Assembly: GCA_903944345.1 (NCBI GenBank)
Contig: CAJARJ010000001.1
Span: forward strand, 12,339 to 76,338
From: Candidatus Omnitrophota bacterium
GTDB lineage: Bacteria; Omnitrophota; Gorgyraeia; Zapsychrales; Fredricksoniimonadaceae
Reading direction: 5' to 3'
DNA: 64,000 bases
In this document: positions 17,721-26,973 of the stretch, piece after piece
Numbering within the stretch: position 1 is the stretch's first letter
Layout of the letters: every line of letters starts with the position of its first letter
Position numbers and translations under genes: made by a program
The notes under the pieces: model-generated
What the model saw: the letters and a program-made list of their open reading frames with translations, nothing else
Databases searched by the model: none
Told to the model about the DNA's origin: nothing

Positions 17721-18923
17721 TTATTGAACCTTCAAAGCAAACTTCCGGCCATATTCAACACAGCGCGCCAGATCAGCATCACTCGGCTGCCACATATTGC
17801 GGATGCCATCATCAACACACTCATAGCCAATTTCTTTAAGAATCGAATTGAGCCGCACCTGTCCCTCGCCTGACCAGCCGTAACTGCCAAAAGCCGCGGC
17901 CTTCTTTCCCTGAAAAGACAACCCTCTTAACTCCTCCAAAAGCGCTCCGACAGAAGCCAGGGCACACTTGTTATGCGAAGGAGAACCCAGAAGAAACGCT
18001 TTGGAACGAAAGATATCGGTCATAACATCATTCTTGTCGGATTTTGCCAACGAATGCACCGCCAGGACAACTTCGGAATCTGCCTCACGAATACCCTTGG
18101 CAATAGCCTCGGCCATGGCCCGGGTGGCTCCCCACATCGAATCATAGGCAATAGTAATGCGGTCCTCGCGGTACCCGTTAGCCCATAAAGCATACGCGTC
18201 AATAATCTTGTGAATATCCTTCCGCCAGCAAGCACCGTGACTGGGGCATATAATATCAATTGGCAAATCCAGCGACTTGAGCTCGCGCAGCTTGGAGTCA
18301 ACCAGTTTACTCCAGGGCGCGATAATATTAGCGTAATACTTTATGGCCTCTTTCCAGAGACTGTGCTGATCAACCAGATCAGCAAAAATCTTGTCCGTAG
18401 CCAGATGCTGACCAAAAGCATCGTTGGAAAAAAGAATATTGTCCTGTGTCAAATAAGTGAACATCGTATCCGGCCAGTGCAACATGGGCGCTTCAATAAA
18501 CATGAGCTGTTTGCCATTGCCAATGTCCAGGCGGTCACCTGTACGCACCGGTTTGAAATTCCAGTCCTTGTGAAAATGCCCCCGCAGGGATTTCACCCCG
18601 TTATGACTGCAATAAACCGGGACATCAGGAAGATGCTGCATCAAATCCACAATTGCCCCCGAATGATCAATCTCGGCATGATTAATGACAACCGCATCAA
18701 TTCTGGAAAGTTCCACTTCTGCCGGCAATTCGCGCATGAACTCGGCCGAAAAAGGAGCCCAGACCGTATCGATAAGAACGGTCTTCTGTTCTTTGATAAG
18801 ATAGGAGTTATAGGTCGAACCATGATGGGTGGACAATTCGTCGCCATGAAAACGCCGTAATTCCCAATCAACTTTCCCGACCGAATAAACATTGTTTTTA
18901 ATTTTTTTACTCATCTTGCACAC
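17721..18923 (-). CDS. Class A flavodiiron protein (rubredoxin:oxygen / nitric oxide reductase-like; metallo-beta-lactamase plus flavodoxin domains)
   Basis: Di-iron site motif HAEIDHSG, C-terminal flavodoxin-like domain, 400 aa. Confidence 0.85.
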   Translation of the reverse strand: MCKMSKKIKNNVYSVGKVDWELRRFHGDELSTHHGSTYNSYLIKEQKTVLIDTVWAPFSAEFMRELPAEVELSRIDAVVINHAEIDHSGAIVDLMQHLPDVPVYCSHNGVKSLRGHFHKDWNFKPVRTGDRLDIGNGKQLMFIEAPMLHWPDTMFTYLTQDNILFSNDAFGQHLATDKIFADLVDQHSLWKEAIKYYANIIAPWSKLVDSKLRELKSLDLPIDIICPSHGACWRKDIHKIIDAYALWANGYREDRITIAYDSMWGATRAMAEAIAKGIREADSEVVLAVHSLAKSDKNDVMTDIFRSKAFLLGSPSHNKCALASVGALLEELRGLSFQGKKAAAFGSYGWSGEGQVRLNSILKEIGYECVDDGIRNMWQPSDADLARCVEYGRKFALKVQ

Positions 18924-19013
18924 TCCTCAATAAAAATACACCCGACTCATGCTTCTTCGGGAGTCATCAAGTTATCATACTATTACGTCTAAATGAAAGC
19001 ATTTTCCTTACGC

Positions 19014-19042
19014 AAAAAAATCCCCCGGCCTGCACCGGGGGA
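19014..19042 (-). terminator. Rho-independent terminator downstream of the DEAD-box helicase gene
   Basis: tcccccgg/ccggggga 8-bp stem with a 6-nt loop followed on the minus strand by TTTTTTT. Confidence 0.65.
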
Positions 19043-19071
19043 CTTGATAAACAAAAACACCCCGTAACATT

Positions 19072-20310
19072 CTAGCGGCGGCGGAACCCTTTACGAGCAG
19101 AAAAACTACGCCCCATAAATTTCCTGTTTCCCCCCGAAGATGCGGGCGCATGCACTGAACGCACCGGCAACAAAAACTCTTCGGTCTGAACATCCGGATG
19201 CTTAATCACGGGAATATCCGCACGAATCAGACGCTGAATCGTGGTGATAGACTCAAACTGATCGGGAGTGGCAAACGAAATAGCCCGGCCTTCCATTCCT
19301 GCCCGCCCAGTGCGGCCAATACGATGCACATAATTCTCGGCATCATCCGGAAGGTCATAATTAACCACCAGCTCAATTCCCTTGACATCAATACCACGAG
19401 AGGCAATATCGGTAGCCACCAGGACACGAAAACGGCCAACTTTAAAGCCTTCCAGAGCCGCACGACGCTGGGACAAGGAACGGTCAGAATGTATTTCGGC
19501 GGCATTATGCCCCATTTTACGCAGGTCACGGGTGATTTTGCTGGCGCCATGCTTGGTCCGGCAAAAAAGCAGAACCGAACCGCGATATTGCGTAAGAATC
19601 TTGCCCAAAAGGGTCGTCTTGGCCTCACGCCGGATAATAAACAGTTCCTGGGAGACTCTTTCGGACGCTGTTCCCGAGGGAGCCACCTCAATATTCACCG
19701 GAAGCTTCATGTGCCGGGAGGCCATATACATGATCTCTTTGGGCATGGTCGCGGAAAACAGCATGGTCTGTCTTTCCTTGGGTACAAATCTGAGTATTTG
19801 CTCAATCTGGGGGGCAAACCCCATGTCCAGCATGCGATCCGCTTCATCCATAACCAGAATGCTCACATGATCAAGCTTGAGGGTATGGCGCTCGGTCACA
19901 TGATCAATCAGTCGCCCGGGCGTGGCAATAATAATTCTGGGATTACGCCGCAGCATCCGCACCTGTTCTTCCATGGATGCTCCGCCAATCAAAACCGCAG
20001 TCTGCAGAGCAAACGGAGGGGCAACCTTGCGAAAAGTTTCATCGACCTGCACGGCCAATTCGCGGGTCGGCACCAGAACCAATGCCAATCCTTGTCCTGC
20101 CGCCAGGCGCTGGACAACCGGAATGGCGAACGCGAGGGTTTTGCCCGTTCCTGTCTGAGCCACCCCCATCACATCTTTACCTTCCGTAGCAACAGGAATT
20201 GCCTTGTGCTGAATCGGAGTCGGGGTCTTGAACTTCATCCGCTCCAGAACCTCCAGCACCTTGGGGGCAATGCCGAGTCCATAAAATGTTAACGATTGCT
20301 GTTCTGTCAT
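19072..20310 (-). CDS. DEAD-box ATP-dependent RNA helicase (RhlE-like) with a basic C-terminal tail
   Basis: Q-motif TPIQ, AQTGTGKT, DEAD, SAT, HRIGRTGR motifs. Confidence 0.9.
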   Translation of the reverse strand: MTEQQSLTFYGLGIAPKVLEVLERMKFKTPTPIQHKAIPVATEGKDVMGVAQTGTGKTLAFAIPVVQRLAAGQGLALVLVPTRELAVQVDETFRKVAPPFALQTAVLIGGASMEEQVRMLRRNPRIIIATPGRLIDHVTERHTLKLDHVSILVMDEADRMLDMGFAPQIEQILRFVPKERQTMLFSATMPKEIMYMASRHMKLPVNIEVAPSGTASERVSQELFIIRREAKTTLLGKILTQYRGSVLLFCRTKHGASKITRDLRKMGHNAAEIHSDRSLSQRRAALEGFKVGRFRVLVATDIASRGIDVKGIELVVNYDLPDDAENYVHRIGRTGRAGMEGRAISFATPDQFESITTIQRLIRADIPVIKHPDVQTEEFLLPVRSVHAPASSGGNRKFMGRSFSARKGFRRR

Positions 20311-20654
20311 AAAAAGAATCCTCTTTTCCTAAAAAGGGCGTCACAGAAAACAAGCGGCATCCGGATAGGCTCCAGCCTCCCGGTCATACCTGATTTTTCA
20401 GGGTGCGCTTGTATGTCAACGCGGTAAATGGCCGACCCAAACTGTAAGGTCGCAAGTGGCAGGAGCAGGCGGCAAAACTTTTGGCACGCGATAAACTACG
20501 CCTACCCGAACAAGGTGGGTTGGACATTCAATTAATATTGGGGTAATTATACCACACGGAACGGGCGGCTGCCAGAAATATTATTTCTCCCGCGCGTTTC
20601 ACCTTATTATTTCTACAAAGTGCTTTTCTGACCTTCGCCCTTCTGGAAACCGGT

Positions 20655-23600
20655 TCACCTCTGACCATCAAAGAAAACAGCACCCCCCTGACTGGGACGA
20701 ATAGCTGCGATCTCAGGAAAAAAACCGCGACAGGACTGATACTCTTTCCACAAATCCGATCCGGAATAAAACCCTTTCCAGTCGTCCGTTCCCTGAATTT
20801 CAAGAAGATCTTCTGTTGAATTCAAATCAATACCACCAGGGGCCTCTGCTGCGTCTTCCCCTGAATCAGACATCTCTCGAATCAGGACTTGTCCGGAAGC
20901 ATCAAATTCGAACTCAAGTTTTATTGATCCATAAGAATACAATTGTCTTGTCCCGGCCTTGTACGGCCCCCTTTCATCTCCTCCCTGCCGTTGAAAAAAG
21001 AAATCGTCCCCGGATCGTCGCAACAAAAAAACAAAAGAACCGACGGGCCCCTGTTTCCTGGAGTCCCTCTCCATAGGCACCAAAGCACGCGCCTTACCAC
21101 GATAGAAAACATCCCCTGTCACAGGATCTTCGACTCTGAACCCCTCATTTCTGGAGAACGTAAAGCGCAGGCCAAGAGCCTCAAACCCTTTTTGAACGGC
21201 ATAATAAGAATTCTGTGACATCCCCGGAACACCATCAGGATAGAAAATGGGCCTTAAAGCATCCGCAATCTGAGGAGCAACGGATTGCATGCGTAAAAAA
21301 AGAAACTGCAAATCAAGACTCGGGATTTCGCCGACAAGTTCTTCGCTCATCCAGAAACCATCCGCCACCTTTGTCCCGGTAAGATTATCGTCTCTATAAT
21401 AATCACGCACAATCCTGGCGACTGCATCTATAGCCTTTTCCTGCTCGTCGGACGAGCGAAAAGATGTAAAATATATATTTATCGAATCGTGACGATTCTC
21501 CGGCGAACTGCCCGCCCCCAAAGACGGTCGACCTGATTTGTAATTCCCCTGAATCAACGGACCGGAACCGTCCTGGTCGATAAACAAACGATCCAGAGCC
21601 TGAATGCTTTGCGGATTGACCATAATATTCAGTTTCATACGACCACGCAGCGGCCCCTGGATATTATGACCACCACGAAAGACCCAACCCCCTTGCTCTG
21701 TAACCTCTATGCCCGAGGCAGAAGCCCGCAAAGCCGCCTCAAACTCAACCTCGTTCGATGCCCCGTAAGTTCTTGCTGGAGCATAAGAAGCCTCTGTAAG
21801 ATACATATAATAATCCCTTACAATCTGAAATAATACATCCCCCCATTTCTGCGGAAATCGCGTCAATTGATCAATTCTTTTTTGTTTCACGATATCTGGA
21901 TCAAGCTGCAAGCGTCGATAAACCTTATCAAATTGATCAAAAGAACTGATAAGTTGTTTCGCGCGACTCCTGTCCAGTGGCGAAGCAACAGGCATAGCGC
22001 CATCCCAATACTGTTGAAAGTCTTTTTCTTCAGTATCAAAATAATCCGATAGCGCCCTGTACACGGGCTTGTATAAAGTCGTATCGTAAAATTTTACAAG
22101 CTGGGTAGGAAACGATTGATCATCAGGTATCTTGTGGTCAAAAGTTGTCAGACTCTCTGCCCGATAAAAACTCTCTTCCCCTTGATCAAGCACTCCCCCG
22201 ATCGAATCAAAGATATGCATCTGCTCTGCACCCAGAACTTCATCCAGAGTCACCATCTTTTGGCCATATAATAATTCCACCTCAACCCTGCCAACAAACG
22301 ACTGCAAAAGACTCTCTGCCTCAGTGGTCACAAAAGGAGCCGCAACAATAAAACGGGGTCTTTCTCCTTTTGCGTTCTCCTCAAACCAGGCGTTAACCTG
22401 ATCAATGGTTCTTTTAATCTGCTGGCCTCCATACAAAGCATCGTCAAAAATTACAAAATCCCTGATCCCTGCATTGAACATTTTCCTCAACGCCCCGGTT
22501 CGGCTCTCAGATGCTCCCTGAAAGTATGATGCCATCTGAGGGGTTGTCTGCAAATCCTCTTCCACTAGCGAATAAACCCACCGGCGTGACTTGTGCTTGT
22601 CGAAATCCCACAAAACAGCATATGGCCTCTCTTTGTACGCATGCCGGAGATCATTAAACCTTGACACAAGCCTGTCCAGCTCACTCTTAAACTCGGGGAA
22701 AGAAATATGCCGCAGATTTTCAGCTATCTTTTTCTTAATTTCCCGTATTGACGAATCAGGCTCATTCTTCCACCAAGCCTCAAGCTCCTCTGTTTTCAGT
22801 CTTGGGACAAAGTCCGGTGACTGAAACAAATCAGATTTTAATCCCGGCCCCGTCCCCTTAATAACAGAGACCTCCAGGCCATCATCAACCGGATGAAGTA
22901 TTATCTCGACAAACATATCGCGCCCTGAAACATCTCCGAAGACAACCGGCGGATTTCTAAAGAGAATCGATCCCTGGGAAAAGTCCATATTCATTCCCCC
23001 GGAGAAATACTTTCTCGGGATCACTTCATCCGAATAAACATCCTTCTCTTCCCGGATCAGGTTATAGGCCCCCTGGCGAAATGATTCCGCATACCGCTGC
23101 CAGATTTTTTCCGCTTCCTTCGGATCGTCAATATTGACACCCGCTGTTTTGTTGCGGTTCACATACACCTCCGACAACAACGACTGCCAGATTTTCTTCT
23201 TGTACCATGTTGCCAAAATCAGGGACTGATAAACCTGACGCAGCCGGGCAAAGCCCTCCCCCTCATTGACCTCTTTCTCCAGTGCAGGAACGACCACCTC
23301 ACGCAGGACAGCGCGAGCTATGTCCGATCCAGCGGATACCGTCCGATCCGCTCCAAGTCCGCCTCCTGCCGCCAGATAATCCTGCTCCAGCATAACCTTC
23401 AGGCGTGACTCCGCAATGTACACCGCTCCGGCTCCGGCATTGCCGTACACCACCGCCTTGTCAGGCACAATCCACACCTTGTTGAACGTATCTATCGGAA
23501 TATCCGTAGTACCGTATTTCTCCTGTGCCAGGGCGTAGACTTTCCGCCAGAACCTCTTGCCTGTTTCCCCTTCCGGGTGCAATAACGAAGACGTGAGCTG

Positions 23601-23990
23601 TTTAAGAATATAATCCTGCTCCAGAAGATCCCGGCCCATTTCAGTCTGGCCAAACGCTTCGGGAATAATGCGGTCTTTCTCGTAAGGAGACAGGTTGACC
23701 CACAGGTCTTTTTCGGGAACAGTCAGGCTGGCGAGGAAATACCGGACGAGCTTTTCGGATTCTTTCTTGAGATCCGGTTCTGATCGCGTCCCCGGATCAA
23801 GAATGAAATCAAAGCGAAGAGGTTCTTTCGGATATACCTTAAGTCCTTTCAGCACAGCAGGTTGAAACCCTGCTCCGGAGACAGCCATCCCTCCGGCAGA
23901 AGGCAGAACGGGCTGGGATTGCCCCCAGGACAACTGCTCCAGAAAAAAGACCACCGCAAACAGAACAGACAAAACTTTCCTTATAACCAT
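20655..23990 (-). CDS. Secreted protein, paralog 3 of the three-member family (1111 aa)
   Basis: Signal peptide MVIRKVLSVLFAVVFFLEQLSWG; conserved N-terminal domain with the WVNLSPYEKDRIIPEAFGQTEMGRDLL stretch (identical to paralog 2 except one residue); C-terminal GGIDL tail. Confidence 0.8.
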   Translation of the reverse strand: MVIRKVLSVLFAVVFFLEQLSWGQSQPVLPSAGGMAVSGAGFQPAVLKGLKVYPKEPLRFDFILDPGTRSEPDLKKESEKLVRYFLASLTVPEKDLWVNLSPYEKDRIIPEAFGQTEMGRDLLEQDYILKQLTSSLLHPEGETGKRFWRKVYALAQEKYGTTDIPIDTFNKVWIVPDKAVVYGNAGAGAVYIAESRLKVMLEQDYLAAGGGLGADRTVSAGSDIARAVLREVVVPALEKEVNEGEGFARLRQVYQSLILATWYKKKIWQSLLSEVYVNRNKTAGVNIDDPKEAEKIWQRYAESFRQGAYNLIREEKDVYSDEVIPRKYFSGGMNMDFSQGSILFRNPPVVFGDVSGRDMFVEIILHPVDDGLEVSVIKGTGPGLKSDLFQSPDFVPRLKTEELEAWWKNEPDSSIREIKKKIAENLRHISFPEFKSELDRLVSRFNDLRHAYKERPYAVLWDFDKHKSRRWVYSLVEEDLQTTPQMASYFQGASESRTGALRKMFNAGIRDFVIFDDALYGGQQIKRTIDQVNAWFEENAKGERPRFIVAAPFVTTEAESLLQSFVGRVEVELLYGQKMVTLDEVLGAEQMHIFDSIGGVLDQGEESFYRAESLTTFDHKIPDDQSFPTQLVKFYDTTLYKPVYRALSDYFDTEEKDFQQYWDGAMPVASPLDRSRAKQLISSFDQFDKVYRRLQLDPDIVKQKRIDQLTRFPQKWGDVLFQIVRDYYMYLTEASYAPARTYGASNEVEFEAALRASASGIEVTEQGGWVFRGGHNIQGPLRGRMKLNIMVNPQSIQALDRLFIDQDGSGPLIQGNYKSGRPSLGAGSSPENRHDSINIYFTSFRSSDEQEKAIDAVARIVRDYYRDDNLTGTKVADGFWMSEELVGEIPSLDLQFLFLRMQSVAPQIADALRPIFYPDGVPGMSQNSYYAVQKGFEALGLRFTFSRNEGFRVEDPVTGDVFYRGKARALVPMERDSRKQGPVGSFVFLLRRSGDDFFFQRQGGDERGPYKAGTRQLYSYGSIKLEFEFDASGQVLIREMSDSGEDAAEAPGGIDLNSTEDLLEIQGTDDWKGFYSGSDLWKEYQSCRGFFPEIAAIRPSQGGAVFFDGQR

Positions 23991-24051
23991 AAGGAAAGTT
24001 TACCCTATGAAATACTCCGAAACCACTTAACCGGATCAGCCGAGAAAAGAA

Positions 24052-25962
24052 TCAGGATGAACTATCAAGAAGAGTTTCCCAGCGCTGATACGCTTCGGCA
24101 AGCTCGAAACCCAAAGCAGACGAACGCTCTTTAACCCGGGCAATTTCATCAGAAGGTTTTTTGTAGAACTCGGGGTCTGAAAGCCGCGCGCATAACTCCG
24201 CCTGCTCGCGTTCAAAGGTTTCAATCCTCGCCGGAAGCTTTTCCAGCTCGCGCTGTTCACGGTAAGAAAGCTTGGCACCCGTCACCGGCTTTTGAGCTGC
24301 GACACTCTTGATTGCAGGCGGGTTACCCGCAATGCTTTCTGGCCCTTTTTCTCCACCCGGAAAGATCGAAGCCCGCTGGGCCAGCTGATCATCGTATCCC
24401 CCCGGATACTCATTGACCGCGCCGCCCTCTTCCATAACAATCGTTGAGGTCACCACGTTGTTGATAAATTCGCGGTCATGACTGACCAGAATCAGCGTTC
24501 CGGGATATTCCAGCAAAAGCTCTTCGAGCAGTTCCAGCGTTTCCATGTCCAGATCGTTGGTCGGCTCGTCCAGCACCAAAAGATTGGCCGGACGGGTGAA
24601 CAAACGCGCCAGCAGGAGGCGGGCTCTCTCTCCACCGGAAAGAACCTTGACCGGCGTACGCGCCCGGTCTGGAGTAAAAAGAAAATCCTGCAGATAACCA
24701 ATAATATGCCTCGGCTTGCCGTTGATCAGCACCGTATCCGACTGACCGGCCACATTCTCCATCACGGTTTTTTCCTCGTCGAGCTGTTCGCGCATCTGGT
24801 CAAAATACGCCGGAATAAGAGCTGTTCCGTGACGAACGGTTCCCTTTGCCGGTTCCATCTGACCCAAAAGAATCCTGAGCAGAGTACTTTTTCCGCAACC
24901 GTTAGGGCCGATGACGCCAATACGATCTCCGCGCATGATATTGGTTGAAAAATCCCGGATAAGAACCTTGTCGCCCCAGGAATGCCCCAGACGCGAAAGC
25001 TTGGCCACCAGATGCCCGGAGATATCGGTCTCCTGCAAACGGAAACGCACTTGTCCCGGATCCTGCCTGAGTGCAGATTTCTCCTGCCGCAGCGTTTCCA
25101 GCGCCTTGACCCTGCCCTCATTGCGGCAGCGGCGGGCCTCAACCCCACGCCGGATCCAGACTTCCTCGCTGGAAAGCTTCTTTTCAAATTTCTCCAGACG
25201 GGCAGCTTCAATATTGGCCTCGACCTTCCGGTGCTCCAGAAAGGTTCGGTAATCGCAAGTCCAGCTGTAAATCCGCCCGCGATCCAGTTCAACAATCCGG
25301 CTGGCGGTCTCGGCCATAAAACGCCGGTCATGCGTTACAAAAAAAACTGTTCCGGCGAAATTTCTTATAAATCCTTCCAACCAGATAATAGAATCAATGT
25401 CCAGATGATTGGTCGGCTCATCCAGCAGCAGCAAATCGGGCGCCGAAACCAGTGCCCGCGCCAACAAGGCCCGGCGTCTGGCTCCGCCGGAAAGCTGCTC
25501 AAACCGGTCACGGGGAGAAAGCTTCATGCACGCGATAGCCTGCTCGACCTGATGATCAGTCTGCCAGCTGGCGGTGCGATCCAGTTCCGCCTGCAAACGG
25601 GAAAGCTCCTGCAACAGCTGCGGCGAAGCGCTTTTTTCAAGCAGATGGGTGACGTGATGATAATCACTCAGAAGCCGGCCCCGCTCGCCCAGGCCGGAAG
25701 CCACCACGTCAAAAACTTCTCCCTCGATGTCGCGCGGGACATCCTGCGGAACAAACGCTGTCCGCAACCCCTTCTGCCGGCTAACTCGACCATCGTCGGG
25801 GTTCATCTCCCCGGCCATCAGTCGCAGCAAGGTGGTCTTGCCGGTTCCGTTACGTCCCAAAAGAGCCGTACGTTCACCTGGCTCGAGATTAAAGCTGATC
25901 CGGTCAAACAGTAACGGTCCGCCGAAAGCCAAAGAGACATCCTGAAAGGTGACAAGCGCCAT
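24052..25962 (-). CDS. ABC-F family ATPase with two ABC domains and a C-terminal coiled-coil/DNA-binding-type extension (Uup-like)
   Basis: Two Walker A (GRNGTGKTT; GPNGCGKST) and two LSGGE signature motifs, 636 aa, no TM domain. Confidence 0.9.
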   Translation of the reverse strand: MALVTFQDVSLAFGGPLLFDRISFNLEPGERTALLGRNGTGKTTLLRLMAGEMNPDDGRVSRQKGLRTAFVPQDVPRDIEGEVFDVVASGLGERGRLLSDYHHVTHLLEKSASPQLLQELSRLQAELDRTASWQTDHQVEQAIACMKLSPRDRFEQLSGGARRRALLARALVSAPDLLLLDEPTNHLDIDSIIWLEGFIRNFAGTVFFVTHDRRFMAETASRIVELDRGRIYSWTCDYRTFLEHRKVEANIEAARLEKFEKKLSSEEVWIRRGVEARRCRNEGRVKALETLRQEKSALRQDPGQVRFRLQETDISGHLVAKLSRLGHSWGDKVLIRDFSTNIMRGDRIGVIGPNGCGKSTLLRILLGQMEPAKGTVRHGTALIPAYFDQMREQLDEEKTVMENVAGQSDTVLINGKPRHIIGYLQDFLFTPDRARTPVKVLSGGERARLLLARLFTRPANLLVLDEPTNDLDMETLELLEELLLEYPGTLILVSHDREFINNVVTSTIVMEEGGAVNEYPGGYDDQLAQRASIFPGGEKGPESIAGNPPAIKSVAAQKPVTGAKLSYREQRELEKLPARIETFEREQAELCARLSDPEFYKKPSDEIARVKERSSALGFELAEAYQRWETLLDSSS

Positions 25963-25965
25963 AAA

Positions 25966-26973
25966 CTACATAACCTTCCCGACAGCCTCAAGCAGTTCGC
26001 GATTGGTGGGATACTTCTGCATCTGTTCCAGAAGGACACTGGCCGCTTCCACAGGACTAAGCTGAACCAGCGCGCGGCGCAACAGATTGACGCGATCAAG
26101 TTCCTGGGGTTCAAGCAGCAATTCGATACGTCGGGTGCCACTCTTGGCCACATCAATAGCCGGATAAATCCTGCGGCTGGATACATCTCTGGAAAGAACA
26201 ACTTCCATGTTGCCCGTTCCCTTGAATTCCTCAAATATCACATCGTCCATACGGCTTCCTGTCTGCACAAGAATTGTAGCCAGAATGGTAAGCGACCCGC
26301 CATGCTCAATCTTGCGGGCAGCTCCGAAAATGCGTCGGGGAACTTCCAGTGCACGGGCATCAAGTCCTCCCGAGATGGTTCTTCCGCTAGAACGCCGCTC
26401 GGCATTATGTACCCTTGCCAGCCGGGTCAAGGAATCAATAAGAACCATAACATGCTGCCCTGCTCCGGCCTCGCGCATGGCCTGGCGCATAAGATCGTCA
26501 GCCGTGCGGACGTGATGCTCGTATTCCAGATCTGACGACGACCAGCGCACATCCGCGGTGACACTGCGGCGAAAATCGGTAACCTCCTCCGGGCGCTCAT
26601 CAATCAGAAGACAATACAGCTTGACCTGAGGATAAGCCCGTCCGACAGCCTGACAAATATGTTTGAGAATCGTGGTTTTGCCGGAACCGGGAGGCGCAAC
26701 TATCAGTCCGCGCTGCCCCATGCCGATTGGACAAATCAAATCCAGACCGCGCATGGTCGGATCCGCCAACCCGTCTTCCAAGCGCATCCGTGGACTGGGA
26801 TCAACCGGAATGCCTTCAAGAAACAGTCGATCAGCAGGATCCTGGGACGGCCGGGATGAAAACGCCGCCCGCGCAGGTGCCTGAACACGCGGATAATGCC
26901 GCGCGGCCGAATGCGGACGGGCATGTTGCCGCCCTCCCCGCCCTGATTTTCCATGATCATAAGGTTTTTTCAT
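25966..26973 (-). CDS. rho: Transcription termination factor Rho, apparently lacking the N-terminal primary RNA-binding (OB-fold) domain
   Basis: Co-linear with E. coli Rho from about residue 130 to the C-terminus (PIGMGQRGLIVAPPGSGKTT, LIDERPEEVT, DSLTRLARVHN, GGSLTILAT, EFKGTGNMEVVL); only 46 Arg-rich residues precede it; a stop lies 12 codons upstream of the ATG and the ATG overlaps the ygiQ stop. Confidence 0.8.
   Translation of the reverse strand: MKKPYDHGKSGRGGRQHARPHSAARHYPRVQAPARAAFSSRPSQDPADRLFLEGIPVDPSPRMRLEDGLADPTMRGLDLICPIGMGQRGLIVAPPGSGKTTILKHICQAVGRAYPQVKLYCLLIDERPEEVTDFRRSVTADVRWSSSDLEYEHHVRTADDLMRQAMREAGAGQHVMVLIDSLTRLARVHNAERRSSGRTISGGLDARALEVPRRIFGAARKIEHGGSLTILATILVQTGSRMDDVIFEEFKGTGNMEVVLSRDVSSRRIYPAIDVAKSGTRRIELLLEPQELDRVNLLRRALVQLSPVEAASVLLEQMQKYPTNRELLEAVGKVM

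Noticed and set aside
19198-20292. 364-aa plus-strand ORF antisense to the DEAD-box helicase gene
   Set aside because: It is the mirror of a gene with all canonical helicase motifs and shows no recognisable domains.
20528-20803. 91-aa minus-strand ORF spanning the start of paralog 3 and the upstream intergenic region
   Set aside because: It overlaps the better-supported start of the 1111-aa gene in another frame and has an arbitrary Arg/Lys-rich sequence.
24982-25914. 310-aa plus-strand ORF antisense to the ABC-F gene
   Set aside because: Shadow ORF of a gene with two complete ABC cassettes.
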